Shown: positions 49,153 through 58,881 of the stretch, piece after piece
Layout: each line of letters opens with the position of its first letter
Position numbering within the stretch: position 1 is the stretch's first letter
DNA from: Candidatus Heimdallarchaeota archaeon
Lineage (GTDB): Archaea > Asgardarchaeota > Heimdallarchaeia > Hodarchaeales > Hodarchaeaceae
Direction: 5' to 3'
DNA: 64,000 nucleotides
Assembly (NCBI GenBank): GCA_020353515.1
Contig: CP070695.1
Coordinates: 1,335,637-1,399,636, forward strand
Notes under the pieces: model-generated
Told to the model about the DNA's origin: nothing
Seen by the model: only the letters and a program-made list of their open reading frames with translations
Databases searched by the model: none
Position numbers and translations under genes: made by a program

Positions 49153-49467
49153 TAATACTTATTAAAATAGTTTGCATTGGATCCACAAGAACAACATCTG
49201 AGTGAGAGAGAGGAATTCACTTCACTACAGTCTAGACAGATTTTAACAAATAGAGATTTCCAACCCACGTATGTAGATGTAGTAATTATATGAAAAAGGG
49301 GTAATGTTAAACTCCAAATCTATACCTAAAGTTATAATTCAAGTTAAGAATATTGGAAATGTAGATAACGAGGGAAATAAGTATTAATTGCTGTTTTCAA
49401 ATTTCGTATTTTTAAATGTAAATTATTATATTGATATGTATTTCATGAGTATAAAGGTGAGAAAACC

Positions 49468-50019
49468 TTGCAGGATCTTCACTCAAGACGATTACGAGAA
49501 GAATTTAAGAGAATGCTAAAGACATATCCTCCGAAAACAAGTCATATCAAGTGGGTTATTGTTAACAATGATCTACATCATTATAAAGCTACAATTAAGG
49601 GAAAAAAAGACACTCCTTATGACGGGGGTGAGTTCGAGATCACTATCGATCTCCCTCCTGAATATCCCTTTAAACCACCGATTTGCAACTTTATAACCCC
49701 TATCTATCACCCCAATATTGCAATTGGTAAAACACAATGGAAATGGGGCTCCAATGTCTGTTTAAGTCTTGTTAATTGGAATAATCTAGGAAAACCTGGT
49801 GGATGGAAGGAAACAATCACCTTACCTAGTGTATTTGAACATATTGAAATGATGCTGGATGTGTATCAGGCAACTGGAGATGTTGATTTTCCAGAATATC
49901 TTGTTGATCCCAATGATCCTTTTAATCCTGAAGCTGGAGAGGCTATGAGACAAAATTTTGATAATTTCTGGGACACAGCTGAAGAATGGACTAAAAAGCA
50001 CGCACTTCTTATCGAATAG
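49468..50019 (+). CDS. Ubiquitin-conjugating enzyme E2
   Basis: RRLREE, G..DTPYDGGEF, YPFKPP, IYHPNI, catalytic VCLSL, W..TI. Confidence 0.95.
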   Translation: MQDLHSRRLREEFKRMLKTYPPKTSHIKWVIVNNDLHHYKATIKGKKDTPYDGGEFEITIDLPPEYPFKPPICNFITPIYHPNIAIGKTQWKWGSNVCLSLVNWNNLGKPGGWKETITLPSVFEHIEMMLDVYQATGDVDFPEYLVDPNDPFNPEAGEAMRQNFDNFWDTAEEWTKKHALLIE

Positions 50020-50035
50020 GCATTGTGAGTGCACT

Positions 50036-50536
50036 ATGTCTGAAATTGAAGATCTATCTATCCCTTCATCCCCTAAAGTCAAATCAGTTACTCTTATGGG
50101 AGCACTACTTGATGAAATGACCAAATATTCGAAGGAGGCTATGCCTAAGGAAGCCATTGGCCTTCTAGGCGGAAAAGAACTCCGGACTGATGAACTAATA
50201 TTATCTAGTATTCTCTTTGTTACGGAGGGTGACGAAGTTTCTGTTTCCTTTTCTGATGAGGATTTTAAAGCTTTTGAAGACATCTTAGAGAATGATTGTT
50301 ATTGTTTGGGATGGTGGCATTCTCACCCTGGATACGGCTTGTTTTTATCTCAAACGGATATTAAGACTCATATATACTCTTTTCAGCTACATAATGAACT
50401 TTCTGTTGCGTTAGTAGTTGAACCTACAAAGATCGATATGAATGGCCGCGCATCTTTCCAATTTTATCAAGTTATTCGTGAAAAAGGGAGTAATTCCTTC
50501 AAATATCAGGAAATTGCAAGTTATATTCAACCTTAA
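50036..50536 (+). CDS. JAMM/MPN+ isopeptidase (Rpn11/AMSH-like)
   Basis: EAIGLLGG and GWWHSHPGYGLFLSQTD (complete E-HxH-S-D motif); start taken at MSEIE. Confidence 0.93.
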   Translation: MSEIEDLSIPSSPKVKSVTLMGALLDEMTKYSKEAMPKEAIGLLGGKELRTDELILSSILFVTEGDEVSVSFSDEDFKAFEDILENDCYCLGWWHSHPGYGLFLSQTDIKTHIYSFQLHNELSVALVVEPTKIDMNGRASFQFYQVIREKGSNSFKYQEIASYIQP

Positions 50537-50706
50537 AGAAAAATGTATAGTTTAAACCATTTTGGGGGGGGGAAAATAGGTTTATTTCCAAATTAATTTG
50601 AATTGATGTTTCATACATTTTTGAAAAGGCCACTATAATGAATAGGAATTAATAACAATAAATATCCGAAGAAAAACAATTTAAATTGCTTAGCAAATTG
50701 TAAAAT

Positions 50707-51507
50707 ATGAGTTCGATGATGTCAGCCTTGGATCTTTTCAGACTTCCTCTCAAATATTCCACTCGTATTTTTCTCCAAAATGGATATGGGATAATAGATT
50801 ATATCGTGTTGTTTTTGGGTCCAGGGACTGTTTTATTCTTTACTTTCTACCTATTATGGTCTGGACGACGAAAAAATCAAAAAATTATGGATTTAGCGAG
50901 AGAGGCTTTACTCGAAGTCTTTGCAGAGGAATTTGATGATCTCGTTATGGAAGAGAAGAGTTCAAATGGAGGTTTACTCATTCCAAAGTATAAGAAATCA
51001 CAAACCTTATCATTCAAGGATTTTCGAGTGGTTTTTGCTTTGGAAGAAAGACATCTTATGCTTTCAGTCATCATTTCTTGGTTTGCAGGGGTAAATGATT
51101 ACATTGCCTTGGAAGCTAACGCTAAGAAAGGAAAAATCCCTACAAAAATTCAGATTATTCCGAAAAATGAAGAAGGCCAAATCAAGAAACATCAAGAACT
51201 CTTATTTAAACTCGAGGAAATTGAACTCGGTATAAAACAATTAGATGAGTTTTTCTTATTGAAAGCAACTTCTCAACGAGCGGGGACATATTTTCTCGGG
51301 GATAAGAATCTATTGAGATTGCTTCACAATATACGAAAAGTTGTCGTCCGAATATCAATCAATTCTGCTGAAGATCCCTCCATTCGTATCTATGCAAGGA
51401 TCAACGAAGATCTAAGTCTTGAAAAGGTGCAAGAATTCTTCCTTGCATTATGTGAGCGCGTAAATGAGGTCTCTGAGAAAGTAGTCATGAAGAAGAAACG
51501 GCCTTAG
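50707..51507 (+). CDS. CCDC47/DUF1682-like (PAT complex) single-pass membrane protein
   Basis: TM followed by SGRRKNQKI; later ALEERHLMLSVIISWF; same layout as CCDC47 G..KN..IA and L..RQD segments. Confidence 0.6.
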   Translation: MSSMMSALDLFRLPLKYSTRIFLQNGYGIIDYIVLFLGPGTVLFFTFYLLWSGRRKNQKIMDLAREALLEVFAEEFDDLVMEEKSSNGGLLIPKYKKSQTLSFKDFRVVFALEERHLMLSVIISWFAGVNDYIALEANAKKGKIPTKIQIIPKNEEGQIKKHQELLFKLEEIELGIKQLDEFFLLKATSQRAGTYFLGDKNLLRLLHNIRKVVVRISINSAEDPSIRIYARINEDLSLEKVQEFFLALCERVNEVSEKVVMKKKRP

Positions 51508-51528
51508 AACGTTCTATTCTTGAACCTG

Positions 51529-52092
51529 TTACAAGAGCTCGATTTTCTCAGTCACTCTCTGACGAAGCCACTCAAGTCCTTCCTCTACATTGAACCCAGT
51601 TTTAGCAGATGTTGGTACAATGGCATATGAATGCGTGGTGACTTTGTGGAGGTTTAGTCCTCGGGCAACTTCCCCCGCAGATGCTGCGGAAGGTAAATCT
51701 TGTTTATTTGCAAGAACTAGAATAGGAATGTTTTCAACTTTGTCATTGTCAAGAACATATTTCCATAATTCTATCTTTGCTTCATCTATTCGTGATCTAT
51801 CAGCACTATCGACTACATATACGATTCCCATACTACCTGACATGTAACTTTCCCATAAAGACTCACGAAATGCTTCTTGGCCTCCAATGTCCCACGAAAT
51901 AAAACGAACGTTTCCTGAACTAAATTCATCAACATTCATGCCCAATGTTCGAAAAGTACTACTATCAAATTCCCCAGAAGTAATTCTTTTGACAAGAGTA
52001 GTTTTTCCAGCTTGGTCAAGACCAAGCCAAGCAATCTTGACAGTCAATTTTTCTTTAGCAAATTTTGCTCGTAACTTTGAAAGGAAACTCAT
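51529..52092 (-). CDS. Arf/Arl-like small GTPase with N-terminal amphipathic helix
   Basis: GLDQAGKTT, TLGMN, WDIGGQ..FR..W..Y, NKQD, SAKTG. Confidence 0.93.
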   Translation of the reverse strand: MSFLSKLRAKFAKEKLTVKIAWLGLDQAGKTTLVKRITSGEFDSSTFRTLGMNVDEFSSGNVRFISWDIGGQEAFRESLWESYMSGSMGIVYVVDSADRSRIDEAKIELWKYVLDNDKVENIPILVLANKQDLPSAASAGEVARGLNLHKVTTHSYAIVPTSAKTGFNVEEGLEWLRQRVTEKIELL

Positions 52093-52107
52093 TTAGGGCA
52101 CCTATCT

Positions 52108-52653
52108 TTATTTCCGCATCATTTTACTCCGGAATCTATCACTCATCCACTGCCATGGTTCATCAACACCATCACCAGTTAAAGCTGAGCAAGGGTAAAC
52201 TGCAAAGGTTCTGGGTCTTGTAGCCATTTCTGTTTCGAGCTTTAGTGTATGGATAATATTCTCTAAGGACATTGCTTCTGTTAAATCTTGTTTATTTGCC
52301 AAAAAAAGAAATGCAGAGTCTTCTGGTGCCCATTGGATAACGTTTTTTAACCATACTCCCGCATTCTCCACTTTAGACCTGTCTGCAGAGTCAAAAACGA
52401 AAACAATGCCAGATGCCTCTGAAACGAATGGCTCCCACAAGCTTGTAGGATATGTGGGTTGTCCTCCGAGATCTACTGCCATTACTTCAATATCTCCAAT
52501 TTTTAGAGTCTCAATATTCATTCCCATGGTGGGAACGGTCTCTAGATTGTCGTCGCCCTTAAGACGCTTAACTAATGTAGTTTTTCCTGCATTGGCTAAG
52601 CCTACAAATGCGATTTGATTCTCAATTTCACGACCAAACAATTTCGTCGGCAT
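52108..52653 (-). CDS. Arf/Arl-like small GTPase
   Basis: GLANAGKTT, PTMGMN, DLGGQ, NKQD, CSALTG. Confidence 0.92.
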   Translation of the reverse strand: MPTKLFGREIENQIAFVGLANAGKTTLVKRLKGDDNLETVPTMGMNIETLKIGDIEVMAVDLGGQPTYPTSLWEPFVSEASGIVFVFDSADRSKVENAGVWLKNVIQWAPEDSAFLFLANKQDLTEAMSLENIIHTLKLETEMATRPRTFAVYPCSALTGDGVDEPWQWMSDRFRSKMMRK

Positions 52654-52850
52654 TCTATTTCCCTTTCAAATGTTATATGGATTTAAAGCACTTAGAAGGC
52701 AAAATTCAAACTTTTCCAGACTAAATAATCGTCTTGAAAGTCTATCTAATATATTCTCCTCTGTAGGTTTTCTAACAATCACTTTTTAGAACAGATTATA
52801 TGATAATACATTTTCTATGATATTTTATATGGGTTTTTAATTACTGTTTC

Positions 52851-54749
52851 TTAAACCTCACGTGTGAAAATTGGTTGCATAGACACCAACCTTGGAATAG
52901 CTCTTAAAAAAGTTGGTTTTTTCGCAGTATGCTTTTTGATATATGTTATAACTTCTTCTAAAGTTTGAAATTGTTGTATTTTCTCTTTTCTATAACGAAT
53001 AGTAATTTTTTCTTGATTTATTTCCTTTTCACCAATTACGAAAATCAATGGAGTCCAAAGTTTTTCTGCAGCACGAATTTTCTTAGCTAGCGAGAGATCA
53101 CGGTCATCAATTTCTACTCGAATGTTAATTTGTTCCAGTTTGTCAGCTATCTCTTCAGAATAGGGAACGAATTCCCCAGTGACTGGTAAAATCCTGACTT
53201 GAGTGGGGGATAACCATAGTGGTATTTGAGGTTTGAGTCCTTTTTTCATTTGTCTGAGTTGTTCCTCCAGGATACCATAAATTACACGTTCAGTAGATCC
53301 TGATAAAGAGCAATGTAATAAAAGAGGATAGACTACTTCTCCTTTGTCATTAGTAAATTTTATGTCAAATCGCTCGGAGTTTTCTACATCTATTTGGACT
53401 GTAGATAAGGCTGCAGCTTTTTTCTGAGAATCTACAATATTAAATTCAAATTTTAATATGAAATAAGCATATCTTGAATCGAATAACTCAATTAAAATCG
53501 GTTTTTCTATCTTATTTATCATTGATACGATCCAATCTTTGTTCTCCTCATAGAAACTGGTTGTCATTCGAAATGCCGTTTCAAAATTAACCTCAATATC
53601 ATTCATGTATTGAAGAGCAAGTAGAAATTGAGATTCAAATTCTCTCTTAGCCATTGGCATATCTATAGCTACAGTGTGCAAATCAGGCATTGTGAAAGCA
53701 CGGAGACGACGGATACCAGCTAATTCACCTCGTTGTTCACGTCTGAAAGAGGCCGATAATTCAAATATTTTCAAAGGAAGCTGACGATAGCTAATTATTG
53801 AGTCAGATAATGCGAGAAATTGGCCAAAACAGGCTGAAAATCTAAGGAAATAATCTTTCTGACCAGATTTTACAATATATTGGCGAGCTGGAAAACGTGC
53901 TAAATATTTCTTCAGCGAGGGATGCTCATATGAATACATAAGTGGAGTTTGAACAACCATTGCGCCATATTTAATTGCCATCTCAAGAACATGACTTTCA
54001 ATTAAACGTTTGACAATATATCCTCTGGGAAGAATGCGAAAATTGCCAGCATCACTACCTTCTTCGTAATCAACTAATTCTAATTGCTTCATGAGCTCAA
54101 CATGCTTTGGAGGAGAACTTACACTCCTGTCCTTAGCTGTTTCATAATTAACAAATATTTGAAGGTCTTTCAAATCTCCATAGTTATAGTTCTCAAACGG
54201 AATTAAATCACCAGTTTGAGTGAGAATATAGAATTGGGATTTTACTTCATCTTCGGCTGTAATCGCAGCTGTTACTTCAATTGATTCTGAAATCCTGTCT
54301 CCACTGATAATCTCTTTAGAGCGTTCTGCAAGAGCATGGCCCTTACACTTTAGAGAAAATCCCTTATAATAACCAAAAGGAGCACGGAGGATGTAAAAAT
54401 TAGGAGAATCATCCTTCAATTGGCTATGTAATGCCTGGAGAATGTTTAAGGCATCAGTTGGTTTGGCTGGTGCCATTTTTACTAAATGTACCCAAGGATA
54501 AAGTATAATATTCGTTTCTTTGACATCATGGAGGGCTCGTTGAAGTTCTAATACAGTTTTTTCAATTAAAAACGATGTATTTTCGATATCGCTGATCTCC
54601 ACACCAATAAAAACTATCATTACAGATTCTTTTGTAGTATACTCGCCTAAAATCTGATCTGATATCGGTTCTGGATTACTCACAGCTTTTTCATTAATTT
54701 TCCAACTAAAACCATCTGAGTGGATTAATAATAACTGCATCCTATTCAC
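52851..54749 (-). CDS. thrS: Threonine-tRNA ligase, archaeal type with N-terminal editing domain
   Basis: LLLIHSD, YPWVHL, RAPFGYYK; LRFSACFG, FRREQRGE, RLRAFTMPDLH; anticodon-binding domain. Confidence 0.96.
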   Translation of the reverse strand: MNRMQLLLIHSDGFSWKINEKAVSNPEPISDQILGEYTTKESVMIVFIGVEISDIENTSFLIEKTVLELQRALHDVKETNIILYPWVHLVKMAPAKPTDALNILQALHSQLKDDSPNFYILRAPFGYYKGFSLKCKGHALAERSKEIISGDRISESIEVTAAITAEDEVKSQFYILTQTGDLIPFENYNYGDLKDLQIFVNYETAKDRSVSSPPKHVELMKQLELVDYEEGSDAGNFRILPRGYIVKRLIESHVLEMAIKYGAMVVQTPLMYSYEHPSLKKYLARFPARQYIVKSGQKDYFLRFSACFGQFLALSDSIISYRQLPLKIFELSASFRREQRGELAGIRRLRAFTMPDLHTVAIDMPMAKREFESQFLLALQYMNDIEVNFETAFRMTTSFYEENKDWIVSMINKIEKPILIELFDSRYAYFILKFEFNIVDSQKKAAALSTVQIDVENSERFDIKFTNDKGEVVYPLLLHCSLSGSTERVIYGILEEQLRQMKKGLKPQIPLWLSPTQVRILPVTGEFVPYSEEIADKLEQINIRVEIDDRDLSLAKKIRAAEKLWTPLIFVIGEKEINQEKITIRYRKEKIQQFQTLEEVITYIKKHTAKKPTFLRAIPRLVSMQPIFTREV

Positions 54750-54839
54750 GGGGTTTAATTCAACGTTTTTTAAGACATTGGAATCAAAATTTTCAACAAC
54801 AAAAGTACTTTTTCTATGAGAAAAGATTTTGTTAATTGA

Positions 54840-55442
54840 TTAAGATAGAAAATTCTCAACAAAGAAAGAGACGGATGAGTCAGGGATACCTAATTTCAGA
54901 AAGGTTGCCCATGCTTCTGCTTTATCATATCCTTCTGAAATGGTTCGTTCGGTCATGAATTCATAATATTCATGGGGAAATACTACCCATTCCGTCGCTT
55001 CTTCAACGTAGTAATCTGGAGTGACCTTGGACCAAGGTTTATGGAGAAGAGCAGCAATTTTTATTTCTTTAGGATTTTTTAAATTGAGATAATCTAGGGC
55101 GCATTGAATACTTTCCCCACTATCTACTAGATCATCTACCAATAAAATTTTCTTTTGTTGGATTTCAACCGTTACATCTTGCGCTACTACTGGTCGTGTA
55201 TGAGTTTCTGCTATTGCTGTATAGAATTTAATCTGCATACTAGCTAATATTGATGTGTTTCCTCCCTCTTTGAATGGTATTACTGCTTCAAACATATCGC
55301 TCAATAATCTAGCTGGAATTGTCCCTCCTCTACTTATACCTAGTATAATATCAGGCTCAAATTCATCTTTTTTAATTAGATGAAAAAGTTTACGTGCTAA
55401 AAGGTCTATTTCTTGCCAGCTGACTATTTTAAATTTAACCAT
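54840..55442 (-). CDS. Phosphoribosyltransferase (purine PRT-like)
   Basis: GISRGG, LLVDDLVDSGES, WVVFPHE. Confidence 0.9.
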   Translation of the reverse strand: MVKFKIVSWQEIDLLARKLFHLIKKDEFEPDIILGISRGGTIPARLLSDMFEAVIPFKEGGNTSILASMQIKFYTAIAETHTRPVVAQDVTVEIQQKKILLVDDLVDSGESIQCALDYLNLKNPKEIKIAALLHKPWSKVTPDYYVEEATEWVVFPHEYYEFMTERTISEGYDKAEAWATFLKLGIPDSSVSFFVENFLS

Positions 55443-55608
55443 CTCGCCATATCAACACTTTAAACTTTACTACAGTAATATTACTACTAAATAGGAACAC
55501 AATAAATAAAGACCTACTTATGTAAACCTTCCCTATTATAGATGGAGAGTCATTTAAATCCCCCAAGATAAACCATATATCATCAAAAATCTTAATGGAT
55601 TCTTATTA

Positions 55609-56127
55609 TTGGTATTTACTGGATCTATTGAGTCTAAAATAACACATTTGGACATAGGAATGATTTTAAGTAGAAATAGAATCAAATACGACATAAAAGC
55701 CTCACAAATATTTGATAATCTGTATATATGGGGTTATCGTCATCTATACTCTGCTGTTTGGCATGCAATAAAGGCAAAAAAGAATAATCGGATGATATCA
55801 AAAACTCTCTCTATTGAAGTTCTTCTTTATGCAGCTGCCCAAAGACAGATAAAAAAAGCATTTGCTCTCTTGGGAGTAAAAGAAACCACAAAAGATATTG
55901 CAGGAATAGTATTAGGTGAAACATCTCAACAATTAATTGATGCCAGCTATCAACTTCAAGAGGAACTAAATTTGAAAGCAAACATCAAACTTTTGGGTGA
56001 TTTTACATCTAAAAACGAACTTTTTATCAAACTGTTAAGAAATGATGGATACAAAACAACTGATTTTACGTTTAGTGATATTGAAAAAGCCGTTCTTCAA
56101 AAAATAGCACTTTTAGCGTTAGAGTAA
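55609..56127 (+). CDS. cgi121: KEOPS subunit Cgi121
   Basis: HLYSAVWHA, SKTLSIEVLLYAAAQRQIKKAF..LG. Confidence 0.9.
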   Translation: MVFTGSIESKITHLDIGMILSRNRIKYDIKASQIFDNLYIWGYRHLYSAVWHAIKAKKNNRMISKTLSIEVLLYAAAQRQIKKAFALLGVKETTKDIAGIVLGETSQQLIDASYQLQEELNLKANIKLLGDFTSKNELFIKLLRNDGYKTTDFTFSDIEKAVLQKIALLALE

Positions 56128-56133
56128 TTTTGA

Positions 56134-56673
56134 TCAATAGCCTCTTGACTCTTCTTTCATCAAATACGCTAAACTAAATTCTAAATTTGGTTCCATAACA
56201 GAAACTCCTGTTAGATCTCTTATGATTTCAATTCGAATCTCAAAATCTGGTGAAGTTAAGTTCACTACTCCCCAATTAATCTCTTCAGCAATTTTTTCGA
56301 TAACTTGAAGCGTCCTAAGGGTAGTTTGTCGTTTTCGAACATGAATCTTCCATGTATTAGTCGGAGTGATTCTTAATTTTGCGAGGGACACTGCATTTTC
56401 GACAATCTTAGGGAGATTAGTCTTTATTAATCGTTCCAAAGGTACTATTTTTAAACAGGCTACTAAGGGGCCTTTTTCTTGAGTATATTGCTTTATTTCT
56501 TTGATGACGCGAAATGGGTCGGTTTCATCAATTAATCGCAAAATTGCTAATCCAGGAACCCGAGATTTTAAAGGGCGAGTTTTATATCCAAGAACATCAG
56601 AAATTACATAATAGGCTTCAGAAAGAGCGTCACGTTCAAAAGACCGCTGTGAGCTGATCAAGAAGCTCATCAC
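56134..56673 (-). CDS. THUMP-domain RNA-binding protein
   Basis: KIVPLE, TWKIHVRKR, VNLTSPDFEIRIEI. Confidence 0.88.
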   Translation of the reverse strand: MMSFLISSQRSFERDALSEAYYVISDVLGYKTRPLKSRVPGLAILRLIDETDPFRVIKEIKQYTQEKGPLVACLKIVPLERLIKTNLPKIVENAVSLAKLRITPTNTWKIHVRKRQTTLRTLQVIEKIAEEINWGVVNLTSPDFEIRIEIIRDLTGVSVMEPNLEFSLAYLMKEESRGY

Positions 56674-56697
56674 AAGGTGACCTCGCTAGTAGCAGTA

Positions 56698-56883
56698 CTA
56701 TTCTTCTTTTAACAACCAAGCAGAAGAGATTATATCTGTTGTACCACACTTCGGACAACTGGGTTTTGTTAAATAGATTCCATCTTCGTCTTCAACAGTT
56801 ATAAATTTCGCTTTTTGAAAACGATGTTCACATTCTTTATTTTGACAAATATAGACATCAGGTTTTTCAACCAAATATGTCAA
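56698..56883 (-). CDS. Small Zn-ribbon protein
   Basis: CQNKEC ... CPKCGT. Confidence 0.65.
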   Translation of the reverse strand: MTYLVEKPDVYICQNKECEHRFQKAKFITVEDEDGIYLTKPSCPKCGTTDIISSAWLLKEE

Positions 56884-56915
56884 CTCCTTTCTTCAATGAA
56901 ATATTGGTTAATTGC

Positions 56916-57620
56916 TTAAATTTGTTTGTGCCCAAATTCGAGAATGTCGGTGATCTGTCTAACACCTTTTGTTAATGTGAATCGCTGAGTATCCCAATCA
57001 GCGATTATAAGACGTCTCCAAGAAGCAAATTGAAGTTGAGAAAAAACAATTTCTTCGGATTCGTTCATGTTTTTTGCAATCTGTGCAAGTTCACCATTCG
57101 ATTTCTTTACAGCGATAAGAATTTCATAATATTGTTTGATTGCATTAAGCACAATAAGACCTAAAACATGCTCAAGTTTTTCTCCAGTCTTAGCTGAAGT
57201 TCCTATGACGGATATATTTCTTTTATCCTTTCCTAGGACTGCATCTGCTACTTCTTGGGGGCTTTTTGCCCCCTTAATATCTTGCTTATTTGCGCAGAGT
57301 ACAATAGGAACACCAGGTAGAATGTCATAAACCTCTGTTAGGAGTTTTTTAGCTTCATCAAACGAGGCGACGTTCACTGAATCAACAATGAAAAGTATGC
57401 CATCTGCTCCTTTGCTTAATATCTTTCGAATTATCTCGAATCGTTGAAGCCCAGGAGTTCCAAATAAGAAGATTTCAACCCCATAGATTTGTGTTCGACA
57501 ATGATCCAAAGCCACAGTAGTTCCACCATAATCAATAGAAATCGCAGAACCACTACATATCTTTTGGACAGTTGTTGATTTTCCACTATTATAAGGGCCT
57601 AACAGGACTATCTTCAACAC
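56916..57620 (-). CDS. Small GTPase (MglA/ATP_bind_1-like) fused to C-terminal winged helix
   Basis: GPYNSGKST, TTVALD, GTPG (G3 variant), NKQD, SAK; C-terminal ~60 aa wHTH-like segment. Confidence 0.85.
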   Translation of the reverse strand: MLKIVLLGPYNSGKSTTVQKICSGSAISIDYGGTTVALDHCRTQIYGVEIFLFGTPGLQRFEIIRKILSKGADGILFIVDSVNVASFDEAKKLLTEVYDILPGVPIVLCANKQDIKGAKSPQEVADAVLGKDKRNISVIGTSAKTGEKLEHVLGLIVLNAIKQYYEILIAVKKSNGELAQIAKNMNESEEIVFSQLQFASWRRLIIADWDTQRFTLTKGVRQITDILEFGHKQI

Positions 57621-58158
57621 TCTGACCTCTTTGATCGAACAAACCTTTTGTTCTCAAGAGTAATAGTTTTGATTATAACATTATCCTAGCTGAAACTGGC
57701 ATTTATTAGGCTCACAATCCTATTTGAACAGTCTAATCATCGTAAAGCGCTGATTTTAAAGATAGGATAAGCCTTCTTCAATACCTTCATTATCTTCCTC
57801 CTATTTCCTTAGCTTATAAATATTAGCTTTTATTTCCACTTTTGCTTCCCTAAATCAGTAAGTATTTTATTAGTCGGAATTATCAAAGATTTACTTCTTA
57901 ATAGGTTGGTTAGATTAAAAAAAACCAATTTTAAGGTTAGCATTTCAATTAACTGAATTTGTTATGGCTTCTAAATTATTCGTATGCACTAATATTCAGT
58001 TTGAATGTGTGATTTTACAATCATCGTCATGGAAATACTGATCTTCCTTTTTAAACAATTGAGGATTCATTTTGAGAACCCTGTAAAAAAAACAAAAAAA
58101 TAAAAACTGAACTTAAAGTGGCAACCTCTTGAGAACTCTGAAAGGAGTTGGAAGAGTT

Positions 58159-58584
58159 ATGGCTCAAACGCTTTATCGAAATCTGTGGGTCTCAAAAGAA
58201 GTACGAACATTAATTCTAGGAACATTAATATTTTCTATATGCGCCTTATTAGAGCTCCTATTTCTCTTCTTCCCAGTTGTATTGGAGGAATCATTTCTAG
58301 AATTCTTATTCTGGGAGTTTGAATTATTTGGAGGAACTTTTACACCTCTTCTAACAGTCTTTCATTTGATAGTGTGGGGCATAATGTTTTTTTCCACTCT
58401 CATGGTTTATACAATGATTCGTGAATACGCAGGAGGAAGAACAGGGCTACTTGAAATTGCTGGGATCATTGTGATTTTTGCATTTTCAAGTTTGATAATA
58501 TACGAAGTATGGTTCGCCTTGTTTCTTGTAGGAGTCTCAGGATTAATCTTAGGGTATCTATATCTTAGTTTAGCTGAACAATAG
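58159..58584 (+). CDS. Hypothetical 4-TM membrane protein
   Basis: Four hydrophobic segments. Confidence 0.7.
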   Translation: MAQTLYRNLWVSKEVRTLILGTLIFSICALLELLFLFFPVVLEESFLEFLFWEFELFGGTFTPLLTVFHLIVWGIMFFSTLMVYTMIREYAGGRTGLLEIAGIIVIFAFSSLIIYEVWFALFLVGVSGLILGYLYLSLAEQ

Positions 58585-58881
58585 CTAAATATCTCCGCTG
58601 ACTTAGCTGTTGTTTAATAACAATTGATGTTGAAGTTTCAAATTCTTGATAAATGGTTAATCGGAAAGAAGACATTTGAACCTCACTTTTCTATGAATAA
58701 GTGAAAAATTCGAGTTTCAAATAGTTGATAAATGCTAGGAAAAAGTTTCAAAAAGATGATAAATGAGTGGGATGGTTTCAATTAAGCAAAATTTTTGAGA
58801 AGCAGGCAAAATAAAAAAATTAGCAATTTGACACTTTTTCTCTATTGAAAATATTCAGATCAAAAAAAAGGGATTTTAATA

